DNA of 64,000 nucleotides, taken from NCBI GenBank assembly GCA_964618105.1, contig CAZUAJ010000001.1, positions 24,896 to 88,895 of the forward strand, written 5' to 3'. The position numbers and the translations under genes were made by a program. Origin of the DNA: an uncultured Clostridium sp. GTDB taxonomy: Bacteria > Bacillota > Clostridia > TANB77 > CAG-508. Every line of letters begins with the position of its first letter. Positions within the stretch are counted from its first letter, which is position 1. A model generated the notes under the pieces. It ran no database searches, was not told where the DNA came from, and saw nothing but the letters and a program-made list of their open reading frames with translations. This document shows, one piece after another, positions 28,849 through 38,592 of the stretch.

Positions 28849-30028
28849 CTCCTATTTTTTGAAAATTGTTAGTATTTGGTGTATATATACTTTGTGTTTC
28901 TGGATCAAATATTACATCTCCTAAACTCAAATTATATAAATCCAGACCGTCAATTTTATCTAAATTTTCTTTAAATCTCACTTCATTTCTTGACAAGAAA
29001 CCTTTTTCAATTGCAATTTTATATGCTTCATATCTTTCTTTTAAATTTCCTTTTAATAGCTCTGTTAAATCAGGAGCAAAATAATATCTTTCCTTTTCTT
29101 TTTCAAGCAAAAAATCTCTGTCAAGAGCTGTGCAGAAAGCTGTTGCCATTGGTATAATTGTTTTCTTTATGTAAGCATCATAATTATTCTCAATATGAAA
29201 TAGATCTTTAATTTCTTCTGAAAAGGTTTTGGTCTTCTCGTTTAACTGGTTTTCAACAGAAGTATTAGAGGCCTCCTTAAATTCCATTCCATCATTTAAA
29301 ATTACACAGCTAGAATTCCCAGCATAATAATCATTCCATGCTTTTTTTAATTGATTCATTCCCTCTTTGTCTAAGTGTTTCATAGATCTCAAAAAACCTT
29401 TTTTATTCCCACAGGTTTTCATTAAATCATTTTCTAAAATTATCCTTTGATAAGCTGCTTTTAGTGACTCATTTATGCTGTCTACTAGTCCAACTCCAGA
29501 AGCTCCATCTTTTGTGTTTCTCAAAAATTTAATAAACTCGTAAGAATCATAAGCTTTGGAATCAACTAATATTTCGAATCTTTTATGTATTTTGTCTTGA
29601 TTTTTAAGAATTGTTATGTATTTCTCTTCTACATAATTTAGCCCTATGAATTTATTTCTATTTTTCTTGATAAAAGCATAAGCACCTTTTCCTAATAGAT
29701 AATCTTCGCACATAGCTTTTTTAAATTGAAAACCATCTAAAGTGTCTTTAGTGTCATTGTTGATAATTTTTACTCTTGGATCAATTATTTCCTCTGTTTT
29801 CATTTTCCCATCTTCAGACGCTTTCTCATATAGTTTAAAAGGAATTGTTGCAAACGTATCGCATATCAATCCTACACAGCTATTAACAATAGGAATATCT
29901 AAAGCTTTTTCTCTGCTAATACTTTGGTCTTCTATAAGGATTTTTAACAATTCATCAGCAACAGTTATCGCAGTTGCTTCATTTTTTATCTCCTTTTTAA
30001 AAATATTACGTATTTTTATGTTTCTCAC
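28826..30028 (-). CDS. Portal protein (HK97 family)
   Basis: 400 aa between TerL and the protease. Confidence 0.75.
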   Translation of the reverse strand: MRNIKIRNIFKKEIKNEATAITVADELLKILIEDQSISREKALDIPIVNSCVGLICDTFATIPFKLYEKASEDGKMKTEEIIDPRVKIINNDTKDTLDGFQFKKAMCEDYLLGKGAYAFIKKNRNKFIGLNYVEEKYITILKNQDKIHKRFEILVDSKAYDSYEFIKFLRNTKDGASGVGLVDSINESLKAAYQRIILENDLMKTCGNKKGFLRSMKHLDKEGMNQLKKAWNDYYAGNSSCVILNDGMEFKEASNTSVENQLNEKTKTFSEEIKDLFHIENNYDAYIKKTIIPMATAFCTALDRDFLLEKEKERYYFAPDLTELLKGNLKERYEAYKIAIEKGFLSRNEVRFKENLDKIDGLDLYNLSLGDVIFDPETQSIYTPNTNNFQKIGGENKNEN

Positions 30029-30033
30029 CTCTC

Positions 30034-31713
30034 CTAAAAAGTCTGCACAACAAATTCATCTGATAAGGTGGCTTGTTGTAATAAATAAGTAGCTATTATT
30101 GTACTAACTACCATGTCAACTTTTCCATTTGATTTTTTCTTATTAACATATTTGTTAAGATTAGTATCTTCAGTGCATCTCGCATTTTGAAAATTTATTT
30201 CATACAATTTATCTCCATCATAACTAAATTTCTTTTGTAACACACTTTCTTGTAGCCATTTTGTAGGTTGATGTAAAATACTAGAATGTTGTTTTACTTC
30301 TACACATTCAAAACCCGCTGTTTCCAATTTATTTGCTGTTGATATACAATTATATCTGTCATAACCTATTTGAATAATATGAACTCCATATTCTTTTTCT
30401 AGATTCAAAATAAATTTTTCTACAAATTCATAAGATATAATTTGATCACCACAAGCAAAACAACTACCTTCTTCTATAAATCTTCTATAATCTGTCCTTT
30501 CTCTTTTGTTCTTTTCTTCAATTCTGCCTTTAGGTATAAATGCCCAACTTTTGGCACATATAACATCATCTTCAAGTGTTACCATTGATACAGAGGTATT
30601 ATCATTTGACATTGCTAAGTCTAAGCCTAAATACACGTCTTTACCTCTCCAGTCAAATACACCTCTAATATTTTTGCATTGCCTTAATTTGTCTAGTTCA
30701 ATATAGGCTTCTCCGCTATTGCTTGGAACAAAAAAGTTCATATTTTTTGTTAAATATTCTTCTCTTTCACTTGGCTTAGCAAGAGCTTTTTTTCTATTGT
30801 CACGAATTTCTTCGTAATTTTCTTCCACTCGTAGCGGATTCGCCATTTGAAGGCCTATGTCATCCCAAAGATGATCCTCAGTAGAGTAATATAATAATGC
30901 AAATAATCTATTGTCTACTTCTAGTCCTTTATATATTTTTTTTAGATACTCAAGCTCGTCCAACATTATTGATCTATCTTCTGCATAGGCTGTAGTTAAT
31001 TTAAACATCAGTGGATTTTTAACACTTAACTGTCCTGTTTTCATCGTTCCAACGTTTGAATTGTCCTTCATCGCTCCAAATTCATCAGCAATAAAAGCTG
31101 AAGGTTTTATTGAATTGTTTCTATTTGCTTCTGCTGTTCTTGGCTGGTAGAATGAATGTGTTAAGGTACATTCTAGTCTTCCACTCAAAGTTTTAGGTAT
31201 ATTAAAGTATTGTCCAACAGCAGGACTTACTGCTAAAATTTGCGCTATTGCTTTTTTTACTTCTCCAGCTAAATCTCTGTCCAGACATATCGAATAGAAC
31301 TCACTATACTCGCTTTCTGTAAGCATTAGAATTATAAAGATTAAAGCTGCAAGAAATGTTTTAGTGTTTTTTCTTGCTATAAACAAAACAACTTCCCTAT
31401 ATCTGTACTTTTGTGAGTCAGTCTTATATCTCCAGCCAAAAATATTGGCAATAAAAAAAGCCTGGAAATTTTCCAAACCTTCTAATATATTTTTACCTAC
31501 AATATCATTCAAGCCAGTAGCATAATTGAGAAGTTTTAGTATTCCTTCTATTATACCTATTGATTTTGTATCAAAATAATATGGATAACTTTCATTTTTT
31601 TGTTTTTCTAAATCTTGCAAAAACCATTCGCACTGTGTCTTTACTTCAAAAGTTGTTATTTCTTTACCAGAAATACAATCTTCAGCATATTTCATGGCCA
31701 TTTCTAATAGCAT
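30034..31713 (-). CDS. Terminase large subunit
   Basis: 559 aa, ATPase plus nuclease architecture, follows TerS. Confidence 0.8.
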   Translation of the reverse strand: MLLEMAMKYAEDCISGKEITTFEVKTQCEWFLQDLEKQKNESYPYYFDTKSIGIIEGILKLLNYATGLNDIVGKNILEGLENFQAFFIANIFGWRYKTDSQKYRYREVVLFIARKNTKTFLAALIFIILMLTESEYSEFYSICLDRDLAGEVKKAIAQILAVSPAVGQYFNIPKTLSGRLECTLTHSFYQPRTAEANRNNSIKPSAFIADEFGAMKDNSNVGTMKTGQLSVKNPLMFKLTTAYAEDRSIMLDELEYLKKIYKGLEVDNRLFALLYYSTEDHLWDDIGLQMANPLRVEENYEEIRDNRKKALAKPSEREEYLTKNMNFFVPSNSGEAYIELDKLRQCKNIRGVFDWRGKDVYLGLDLAMSNDNTSVSMVTLEDDVICAKSWAFIPKGRIEEKNKRERTDYRRFIEEGSCFACGDQIISYEFVEKFILNLEKEYGVHIIQIGYDRYNCISTANKLETAGFECVEVKQHSSILHQPTKWLQESVLQKKFSYDGDKLYEINFQNARCTEDTNLNKYVNKKKSNGKVDMVVSTIIATYLLQQATLSDEFVVQTF

Positions 31714-32258
31714 TAGACTTCACCTCTTAAAACTTTTAGAAGTGGATTTTCATTATTATCAGCTTTTTTAGGTATGCTTCTTAACTGCGAAGCTATTGTC
31801 ATTATATTTTCTTTCTCTATATCAAACATTAGTCTTCTTTTATTCTGAATTTGTCGGTCTAAATCAATTATGTTTTTCTCCATAGAATTAAGTAATCTGT
31901 AATATTCTCTCGCAGTAAATTCTTCACTTGCTTCATAATCGTCATCTAATTTTTGTAATCCATCATAAAACTTTTCTCGCTTTTCTTCAAATTCATAACA
32001 CTCCGCATACAATAATGCATATCTATTGATTACATTTTCATATAGCGCATCCGATTTATCAATATTTTCTAGTAAAGCTACAATTCTTTTAAATTCTTTG
32101 TATGCAATTTTGTTATTCTTTACCTCTTTTTTTGGTTTTATTTTCTGGTTAGTTTTTAGTGCTTTTTCACCTTCTTCACGGACCTTTAATTCAGCTTTCG
32201 TTCTATGACTTTTACCTTCTGTTGCCAGAACTAAAACTGGTTTTGTCGGTGTTGGCAT
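31713..32258 (-). CDS. Terminase small subunit (P27 family)
   Basis: MPTPTKPVLVLATEGKSHRTKAEL N-terminus typical of the P27 family. Confidence 0.65.
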   Translation of the reverse strand: MPTPTKPVLVLATEGKSHRTKAELKVREEGEKALKTNQKIKPKKEVKNNKIAYKEFKRIVALLENIDKSDALYENVINRYALLYAECYEFEEKREKFYDGLQKLDDDYEASEEFTAREYYRLLNSMEKNIIDLDRQIQNKRRLMFDIEKENIMTIASQLRSIPKKADNNENPLLKVLRGEV

Positions 32259-32345
32259 GACATGTCACTTCCTTTCTTCTGATGTGGGAATTTTTTTCAA
32301 GCGGAGGGGTGCAGGTAGGTGTTCAACATTGTTTTTAAATCTTGC

Positions 32346-32738
32346 TCAATATATAGGGGGGATTGTTTTTTCTTGTTCATCAATTATCTTTTGAACTTCT
32401 TCTCTAGGTATCTCATTATTTTCACCCATCTCGTGATGTATGCTACACAACGTTATTAAGTTGTCGTTGTCTAATCTCTTATTATAATCTTCTGCGATTG
32501 GTATATTGTGATGAACTGATAGTGCTTCTGTGTTGTATTGAGATATAGTATTATACAATTTTCTTTTACAGATTTGACATAAATATAAATCCCTTTTCTT
32601 TATCTCCTCTCTTTTTCTTTGCCAGATTCTGCTCCACCTAAACTTATCTATCTCAGTTATCTCTTTCTCTTTTTTGGTTCTGTGTGGACATACATGATTG
32701 TATGGTACAATTCCACAATATTTACAAGTTTTTAACAT
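32346..32738 (-). CDS. HNH endonuclease (packaging-associated)
   Basis: CxxC...HHNIP...N..NL..LC..HH motif immediately upstream of TerS. Confidence 0.75.
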   Translation of the reverse strand: MLKTCKYCGIVPYNHVCPHRTKKEKEITEIDKFRWSRIWQRKREEIKKRDLYLCQICKRKLYNTISQYNTEALSVHHNIPIAEDYNKRLDNDNLITLCSIHHEMGENNEIPREEVQKIIDEQEKTIPPIY

Positions 32739-32763
32739 TTAATTTTCCTTTGCATATTTAATA

Positions 32764-32789
32764 AAACAGCTAGAATAATCTAGCTGTTT
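32764..32789 (-). terminator. Hairpin separating the early and late regions
   Basis: AAACAGCTAG-N6-CTAGCTGTTT with T run on the minus strand. Confidence 0.5.
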
Positions 32790-32903
32790 CACACACAAAT
32801 AACAATCTAAGTAGTTTTGGGCTTATCCATAAACTAATTATGAATAACTACTTTTTAACTTATTAACATTTTAACACATTGAAACCGTACAAAACGTACA
32901 ATT

Positions 32904-33314
32904 TTAATTTTTTTCAAAAAATCTTTTTAATTTAATCCTAGCTTTTTCTTCAGACTTATAGTTCATTTTGTGCATTATTTGAATCCAGCTGCAATCATCA
33001 AAATATTTGTATCTTATTATTTGCCTTATTTCACTGTCTTCTATATAATTTAATTCGTACTCTATTTGTATAAGAAGCTTTGTTATCTTTTCATGTTTAC
33101 TTTTCAACATCTTTCTGTATCTACTATCTTTAAGTTGTTTTTTATAATCAATTCCTCTTATTATTTTGTGGCACGTAGTGTATGGAAAACTGTCTGAACT
33201 TCCTTTTACACTGTCAGCTATTACACTATTTATATTATTATTTTGTAGCCTTTTTTCAATGTCTTTCACTTCATTTCTCAGTGCAGCTACTTGTTCTAAA
33301 AGTTTCTTATTCAT
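32904..33314 (-). CDS. Putative late-gene transcriptional activator (ArpU/sigma-70 region-4-like)
   Basis: 136 aa, position just upstream of the packaging genes, C-terminal HTH-like RQIIRYKYFDDCSWIQIMHKMNYKSEEKARIKLKR. Confidence 0.4.
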   Translation of the reverse strand: MNKKLLEQVAALRNEVKDIEKRLQNNNINSVIADSVKGSSDSFPYTTCHKIIRGIDYKKQLKDSRYRKMLKSKHEKITKLLIQIEYELNYIEDSEIRQIIRYKYFDDCSWIQIMHKMNYKSEEKARIKLKRFFEKN

Positions 33315-33382
33315 TAGTACCTCCTAATAATTTTTTTAATAATTCTATTTCAATACTTAGTCTTAAATCAACTCTAATTTTT

Positions 33383-33619
33383 CTAGCTCTTGGTATTTTT
33401 ATAAACTCTAGTGCTCTTTGCTCTTGTTCTTTCTGTTTTAATATACTTTTTATCTCTCGTTCTTTTAACACACTTATCAGCTCCTAACATATCTAAAATT
33501 GTGTCTAAATCTTTCGTTGCACAAATACACGTATCGTACTTTATTTCATTTCTTGCGTTTTTTCTTAAATCGACTAAATTCCTTAATCTATTTACCGCTT
33601 CTTGTTGTTCTTTATTCAT
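33383..33619 (-). CDS. Hypothetical phage protein
   Basis: ORF with RBS GGAGGATAG. Confidence 0.3.
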   Translation of the reverse strand: MNKEQQEAVNRLRNLVDLRKNARNEIKYDTCICATKDLDTILDMLGADKCVKRTRDKKYIKTERTRAKSTRVYKNTKS

Positions 33620-34058
33620 TACTATCCTCCAATAATATTCTATCTTCTTTAAATGCTTCGTATAAAGTTTGTCCTTTATCATTTAGTGTATATGGTAAAA
33701 AAATTTCATCTATTGTTACCATCTCCGTTTCTACTAAGGCCATTTGTGCATCTATCCAATCTTTTATATTTCTCCATGCGGTTCTTTCTGCTTGTTCATT
33801 TGTTGCTTTGATAGCACTATTTTTTGTTTTTTGCTTTCTTAAAATTTTTAAAACATTTTCTTGCCTGGCAGGTAGCCTTATTCCAATCATTCCTTGCGAA
33901 GTATGTATTTTAAAACTTATTGCTATAACACTTCCAGTATCTCCATATTCGATTAGAATTGCTCTAGCTTTATGCTTGGCAAGTATTTGTTGTATTTCAT
34001 TGATTGTTTTTTCCGTTTTTATGGCCGTTGTATAATTCTTTATAGCCATTTTTCTCAC
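33612..34058 (-). CDS. Hypothetical phage protein
   Basis: ORF. Confidence 0.35.
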   Translation of the reverse strand: MRKMAIKNYTTAIKTEKTINEIQQILAKHKARAILIEYGDTGSVIAISFKIHTSQGMIGIRLPARQENVLKILRKQKTKNSAIKATNEQAERTAWRNIKDWIDAQMALVETEMVTIDEIFLPYTLNDKGQTLYEAFKEDRILLEDSNE

Positions 34059-34345
34059 TCCTTCTTTACTTTTTTAATTGCATTAGTCCAACATCTAGTG
34101 CATCCTATATTTTCATAATTACAAGTGTATAATTCTTTCTCTTTATTTATTTTTTCTGGTCCGAATATATCTGATGGGCACATATCTATCCCACCATAAG
34201 TAAATATTTGATGACATCCTTCTTCTGTTGCATTTTCTATTATTGTATTCATTATTTCTTTATATGTAATATTTAGTTCTGGTTCTTCTGTAAATATCAC
34301 TTTCTTTTTGCCTGACATGTCATAAACATTACTCATTTTGTTCAT
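34055..34345 (-). CDS. Hypothetical Cys-rich phage protein
   Basis: ORF. Confidence 0.3.
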   Translation of the reverse strand: MNKMSNVYDMSGKKKVIFTEEPELNITYKEIMNTIIENATEEGCHQIFTYGGIDMCPSDIFGPEKINKEKELYTCNYENIGCTRCWTNAIKKVKKE

Positions 34346-34472
34346 AATATAATCGCTTTACATCTTGTGTACTAAACATATCAGGTTCTGGTGGCAAATC
34401 ATGCTCTGGATGATTATCATATTTTTCGTACTTTAATTTTTTAAACATCTCATCAGCTGTTTTCATTATTTA

Positions 34473-34727
34473 TCACTCCTTATAAATTTTAGATGTTCTA
34501 TTTCTTAAGCCATCATATATAACTTTTTTTCCAGCTTTTAAATCTCGCATAACTTCATCTGCTCTATAAACGTTTTCTGGGCATTCTCTACATTCGTCTA
34601 TTAATTCCTCTGTACTTTGGTCTATATATCCATAACAAAAGTATCTAGGCTTACCTTCAAAAACAAATTCTACGCTTGGATTACCTCTGTCTTTTATATC
34701 TGGTCTTAATTTAGCTTTACAACTCAT
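34473..34727 (-). CDS. Hypothetical phage protein
   Basis: ORF. Confidence 0.3.
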   Translation of the reverse strand: MSCKAKLRPDIKDRGNPSVEFVFEGKPRYFCYGYIDQSTEELIDECRECPENVYRADEVMRDLKAGKKVIYDGLRNRTSKIYKE

Positions 34728-34734
34728 ATCTCAT

Positions 34735-34935
34735 CTACTCCTTCACTACCATATCTGCTTTTATTAAATCGTATAATGCGTCTAATTCTTGTATACAAGC
34801 ATTTTCGCTATCTATTATTATTTTTCGAGTCATTGGTTTGACAATTATAAAAGCTAAATTTCCAGAAGTTTCAAGTCTTTTTCTATAATATTCTTTGTAA
34901 TCAGTTATAAATAATTCAAATCCGAAACTTCTCAA
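34735..34935 (-). CDS. Hypothetical phage protein
   Basis: ORF. Confidence 0.25.
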   Translation of the reverse strand: MRSFGFELFITDYKEYYRKRLETSGNLAFIIVKPMTRKIIIDSENACIQELDALYDLIKADMVVKE

Positions 34936-34978
34936 GTTCCTTTAAATTTACATTATCTTTTATTTTTAACATTTCTAT

Positions 34979-35239
34979 CTACTCTCCTTCATATAATAAT
35001 GGTTTTCCATCTTTATCTACTAATAAAGTAAATGTGCCTTGATTATAGCTTCCACGACTTATTACGTATTCTACTTTAGTTTGTGTATCATATACAACTC
35101 TAAAATGAGGACCTTCCGCAATAGTTATAAATCTACTTTCATTTACCGCTAAACTTGTTGGCATTGTTATGTCTTTCAATAACCACCCAATTAATACAAT
35201 ACTTATTACAATTATTAAACTTACTACTATTTTTTTCAT
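34979..35239 (-). CDS. Small secreted or membrane-anchored protein
   Basis: N-terminal signal/TM helix. Confidence 0.35.
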   Translation of the reverse strand: MKKIVVSLIIVISIVLIGWLLKDITMPTSLAVNESRFITIAEGPHFRVVYDTQTKVEYVISRGSYNQGTFTLLVDKDGKPLLYEGE

Positions 35240-35241
35240 TT

Positions 35242-35751
35242 CTATTCTCCCTTTTTTATTAAATTAATTATATTATCTTTACTTATTCGTCCTTTTACAT
35301 TTTTAATTTTAATACATAATTCATTTTCATATTTATTTATAGCTTTTTTTATTTCCTGTTCCTTATATTTTTCAAAGTTTTCTATTTGTTCTTCTAGTAT
35401 ATATTTTTCCTCTTTTAATTTATTAATTCGTTTTAAATTTAATTCTATATCAGCTTGTCTTTTTGCATTTTCATCTTCCCTTTTGCTTTTTTCCCAATCA
35501 AGGTCTTTATCTAATCTATTACATCTACTTTTAAATTCTTGTGATACTATTAATTGAGCTTCATATAATTTTTCGTTTTTGTCTGCCTTCTGTTGCAATT
35601 CTTGTACTTTTTGCTCTAATTCTTTATTTTTCTCTTTTACTTCTTTAATTTCTTCATAACCTTTTATCATATAAGCTCTTATATCAGGTACAGGTATCAT
35701 TTTTATATTATCTAATTCTGTAGCATTTTTTCTTTTAAACAAATTTAACAT
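35242..35751 (-). CDS. Coiled-coil protein
   Basis: Start moved to MLNLFKRKN with RBS AGGAGGAGAATAGAA; K/E-rich heptads. Confidence 0.4.
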   Translation of the reverse strand: MLNLFKRKNATELDNIKMIPVPDIRAYMIKGYEEIKEVKEKNKELEQKVQELQQKADKNEKLYEAQLIVSQEFKSRCNRLDKDLDWEKSKREDENAKRQADIELNLKRINKLKEEKYILEEQIENFEKYKEQEIKKAINKYENELCIKIKNVKGRISKDNIINLIKKGE

Positions 35752-35753
35752 TT

Positions 35754-36092
35754 CTATTCTCCTCCTAATAATTCTGAGTTTTCGTATACCCATACATAAC
35801 CACCACAGGTATTTCTTTTTCCATTTAAACACATAGATATTCCACTTTGATTTAATTTAGTTGTAATAATAGCTTCTCTTTGGGAATTAAATACTTTTAC
35901 TACTTTGTTGTTTTTTAACATATATATATCATCAATATATTTTCCTTGAAATTCTTTTAATGAAAACTCAATTTCTCTTCTATTTTTGCAATGATTGTAA
36001 ATGTTGGTTAATACCCCTTTTTTAGTTATTCTATATTTCCTTGTATTGTTTAAAATATTCTCCTGTGATTTCATATTCTTTATTCCTTTCAA
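35754..36092 (-). CDS. NUMOD1-like DNA-binding protein (homing-endonuclease accessory type); start uncertain
   Basis: FNSQREAIITTKLNQSGISMCLNGKRNTCGGYVWVY resembles the NUMOD1 motif; overlaps the upstream gene by about 60 nt. Confidence 0.35.
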   Translation of the reverse strand: MKGIKNMKSQENILNNTRKYRITKKGVLTNIYNHCKNRREIEFSLKEFQGKYIDDIYMLKNNKVVKVFNSQREAIITTKLNQSGISMCLNGKRNTCGGYVWVYENSELLGGE

Positions 36093-36435
36093 AGTCTATT
36101 ATTTCTTCGTTAAACTTGTCTTTTAAAGCAAATTTACAAAAATCATAAATTACTATATATTTATTATTTATAATCATATTTTCATATATCTCTTTTCCGT
36201 TTTTATCATGTAGTCCAGTGAATTGTCCTATTGAATTTTTATCTACCTGCCCTTGTATCATTCTATATGGCATATCCCAATCAGGTATATAATTGGGGTC
36301 AGCAAATTGTATATAGTATTTATCTTCTTCTTTTTTTCCTAAACAAACTAGTGGTGCTGGTATTCTTAACAATGTTCCATATATCCACACTTGTTCTGGT
36401 ATCATTTTCCCTCTAAACTTAATTTCTCTATTCAT
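36031..36435 (-). CDS. YopX-like phage protein
   Basis: MNREIKFRGK...IYGTLL N-terminus typical of the YopX family. Confidence 0.4.
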   Translation of the reverse strand: MNREIKFRGKMIPEQVWIYGTLLRIPAPLVCLGKKEEDKYYIQFADPNYIPDWDMPYRMIQGQVDKNSIGQFTGLHDKNGKEIYENMIINNKYIVIYDFCKFALKDKFNEEIIDFERNKEYEITGEYFKQYKEI

Positions 36436-36451
36436 CTTTTCCTCCTACTTT

Positions 36452-36483
36452 TTAAAAGCTAGACACATTTTTATGTCTAGCCT
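36452..36483 (-). terminator. Hairpin GCTAGACA...TGTCTAGC with T run on the minus strand
   Basis: Read directly. Confidence 0.5.
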
Positions 36484-36723
36484 TTGCTGTTCTTTATAGT
36501 TTCTTTTTTTGTTTTACAAAGTTTATATATCATATATGGAAATATAAAACTATATATAATTTTATAACTTATATAATCCACTTCAATTACTTCATTTCCG
36601 CTTCTTTGTGTAAATTCGTAAACGTCCACTTTGATATAACATCAAAAATGTTAAAACTATAAAAAAGTATGTTTGTACCAAAATTTTCAACATTTTTATT
36701 TCCTCTCTAGTAAATAAGTAAAT

Positions 36724-37392
36724 TTATTTACTTACTATCTCCAAATTTTTATAATAATTATTTTTAATTTTTCCATCTTTATGTATTACTCTTTCATTTT
36801 CTGCTACTGGTCTTATAAAATAATGAGCAACTAGTCTTGATATTGTGGCCATTGTTGCCTTTCCATTATTCCATAAATTAACCTGGTAACCGAATACATT
36901 GTTTCTAAGAGTTTTTAATTTTTTAGTTGTTTTGTTTTTTATTCTACCGTAATTACTAATTAAGTAATTGAACTTTCCAATTTGTTTCCATTCTTCGTTC
37001 TGATAATCTTCCTCTTTGAAATAATCAAATTTAAAATTCCATTCTTTATAGTTATATAAAGGAAATTTCATAATTGTTTCGATAATATCTACTTCAAATA
37101 TTTCTAATAATTCTCCAAATATTTTTTTATTATTTGCTTCAACTTTTGGAATATATTTATTTAATATAGCCTGATTTGTCTTTTTTTCAAGTTCTGCCCA
37201 TTCGTCTTCAGATATATTCTTATAAATTCCAAATAATCCGCTTCTTTTTAATTCTTCAAGTATTTCTTCTATATTCTTAGTACTCGTATGAAGATCCTTT
37301 GCCATTTGACTCTTACCTATTATTTCAATATATTTTGCCATATAAATTTTGTCAAACTCAGTTATCATTTGTTTTTTCTTCATATCTACCAC
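36724..37392 (-). CDS. HNH homing endonuclease (HNH_3/NUMOD4-type) with N-terminal HTH
   Basis: YLISNYGRIKN...GYQVNLWNNGK...RLVAHYFI...HKDG..NN motif. Confidence 0.6.
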   Translation of the reverse strand: MVDMKKKQMITEFDKIYMAKYIEIIGKSQMAKDLHTSTKNIEEILEELKRSGLFGIYKNISEDEWAELEKKTNQAILNKYIPKVEANNKKIFGELLEIFEVDIIETIMKFPLYNYKEWNFKFDYFKEEDYQNEEWKQIGKFNYLISNYGRIKNKTTKKLKTLRNNVFGYQVNLWNNGKATMATISRLVAHYFIRPVAENERVIHKDGKIKNNYYKNLEIVSK

Positions 37393-37399
37393 TCTTTTA

Positions 37400-37765
37400 T
37401 TAGATTTCTTCTATTTCAACAATTACTTCGCTTACATCTGCATATATAATTTGATTATCTACATCAACTACATATTTGCTATTATCATTTTTTAATACTT
37501 CTGCTTTTACTAATGCATCTTGAATATATTTTATTGCACTATAAACATTGTCCACGTCTCTTTTTTTATTTTCTTCTATCCATGTAATATGTAATATTAC
37601 AGGTCTTGTTATTTTTAAATCGTGTAGCTGATTTTTTATCTCGTCATAAATTCTTGAATCATGTAGTTGTTTGAATTTTGCTGCAATATGCTTGTTAAAC
37701 TTACATTTATTCAAATATTCATTTAAACTGGGTAATCTATAATGTATTGTAAATCTGTATTTCAT
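37400..37765 (-). CDS. rusA: RusA-family Holliday junction resolvase
   Basis: KKRDVDN motif and size 121 aa. Confidence 0.6.
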   Translation of the reverse strand: MKYRFTIHYRLPSLNEYLNKCKFNKHIAAKFKQLHDSRIYDEIKNQLHDLKITRPVILHITWIEENKKRDVDNVYSAIKYIQDALVKAEVLKNDNSKYVVDVDNQIIYADVSEVIVEIEEI

Positions 37766-37893
37766 TGCTAATTGCCTCCTCTTTTTCTACTTGGTTTTTA
37801 GCTATAAAATATCCTGACACGAATCCAATACAAAACAAAATTATTATTATGGCACAAGTTTTCAAATTTTCTTCAGCTTTATAAATTTGCTTA

Positions 37894-38211
37894 TTATAAT
37901 GTTTCGTCCTTAATATTTCTCTCATTTTTTTGTTTTCCTTTCCATCTCTTTTGTTTAGCTTTTTTTATTCCTCGTCGCTGTTCAACTCCATCTAGTATAT
38001 ATAAATGTTTGCAGTATTTACCTGGTCTACCTTTCATTAAACATTGCTTTTCGCTGATATTCTCGCTCGTTAAATAACATTGCTTTAATGTGCAGTACCC
38101 ATAAGCGAAGCTTACTCTTTGGTTATATAGTGCTAGTAAGTGATTCTTTTTACATCTTCTTATTTTTCCGTCAGCACCTATGTAATATTTTCGATCTGCA
38201 TTTAACTTCAT
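37894..38211 (-). CDS. Hypothetical basic protein
   Basis: ORF. Confidence 0.3.
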   Translation of the reverse strand: MKLNADRKYYIGADGKIRRCKKNHLLALYNQRVSFAYGYCTLKQCYLTSENISEKQCLMKGRPGKYCKHLYILDGVEQRRGIKKAKQKRWKGKQKNERNIKDETL

Positions 38212-38217
38212 TTTTGG

Positions 38218-38592
38218 CTAGTCCGTTCTTGGAATATGTGAATAATTTGCATCTTCCATTTCTTTTTGTTTGAACTCTTGTAAAACTGGATTTAAGCATT
38301 TGTTACATAAGGCCAATGTTACTGCTTCTTTAGTTTTTGTTATATTAGTTGGTAATACTACTGTTCCTCCTGAAGGAATCTTATTAGTATCAGCTCCATT
38401 TAATTTTCTATTTGGTATTTGTATTTCAGCTCCACAGTAATCGCAAATATAATAATAATAGTCAATTGTTTTCTTTATTCTTGTTAAATGATTTGGGCTC
38501 TCTTGAGTCTTATATTTAATATTTTTAGCTGGTTTTGATCTAGTTGCATAACTTTCAATTCTATTTACTATTTTTCTATAATTGTTTTGCAC
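38218..38592 (-). CDS. Hypothetical protein with CxxC pairs
   Basis: ORF. Confidence 0.3.
   Translation of the reverse strand: MQNNYRKIVNRIESYATRSKPAKNIKYKTQESPNHLTRIKKTIDYYYYICDYCGAEIQIPNRKLNGADTNKIPSGGTVVLPTNITKTKEAVTLALCNKCLNPVLQEFKQKEMEDANYSHIPRTD

Noticed and set aside
37737-37925. 62-aa minus-strand ORF with one TM between RusA and the next gene
   Set aside because: It overlaps both neighbours substantially (about 30 nt each) and has no SD. It might be real but is unsupported.
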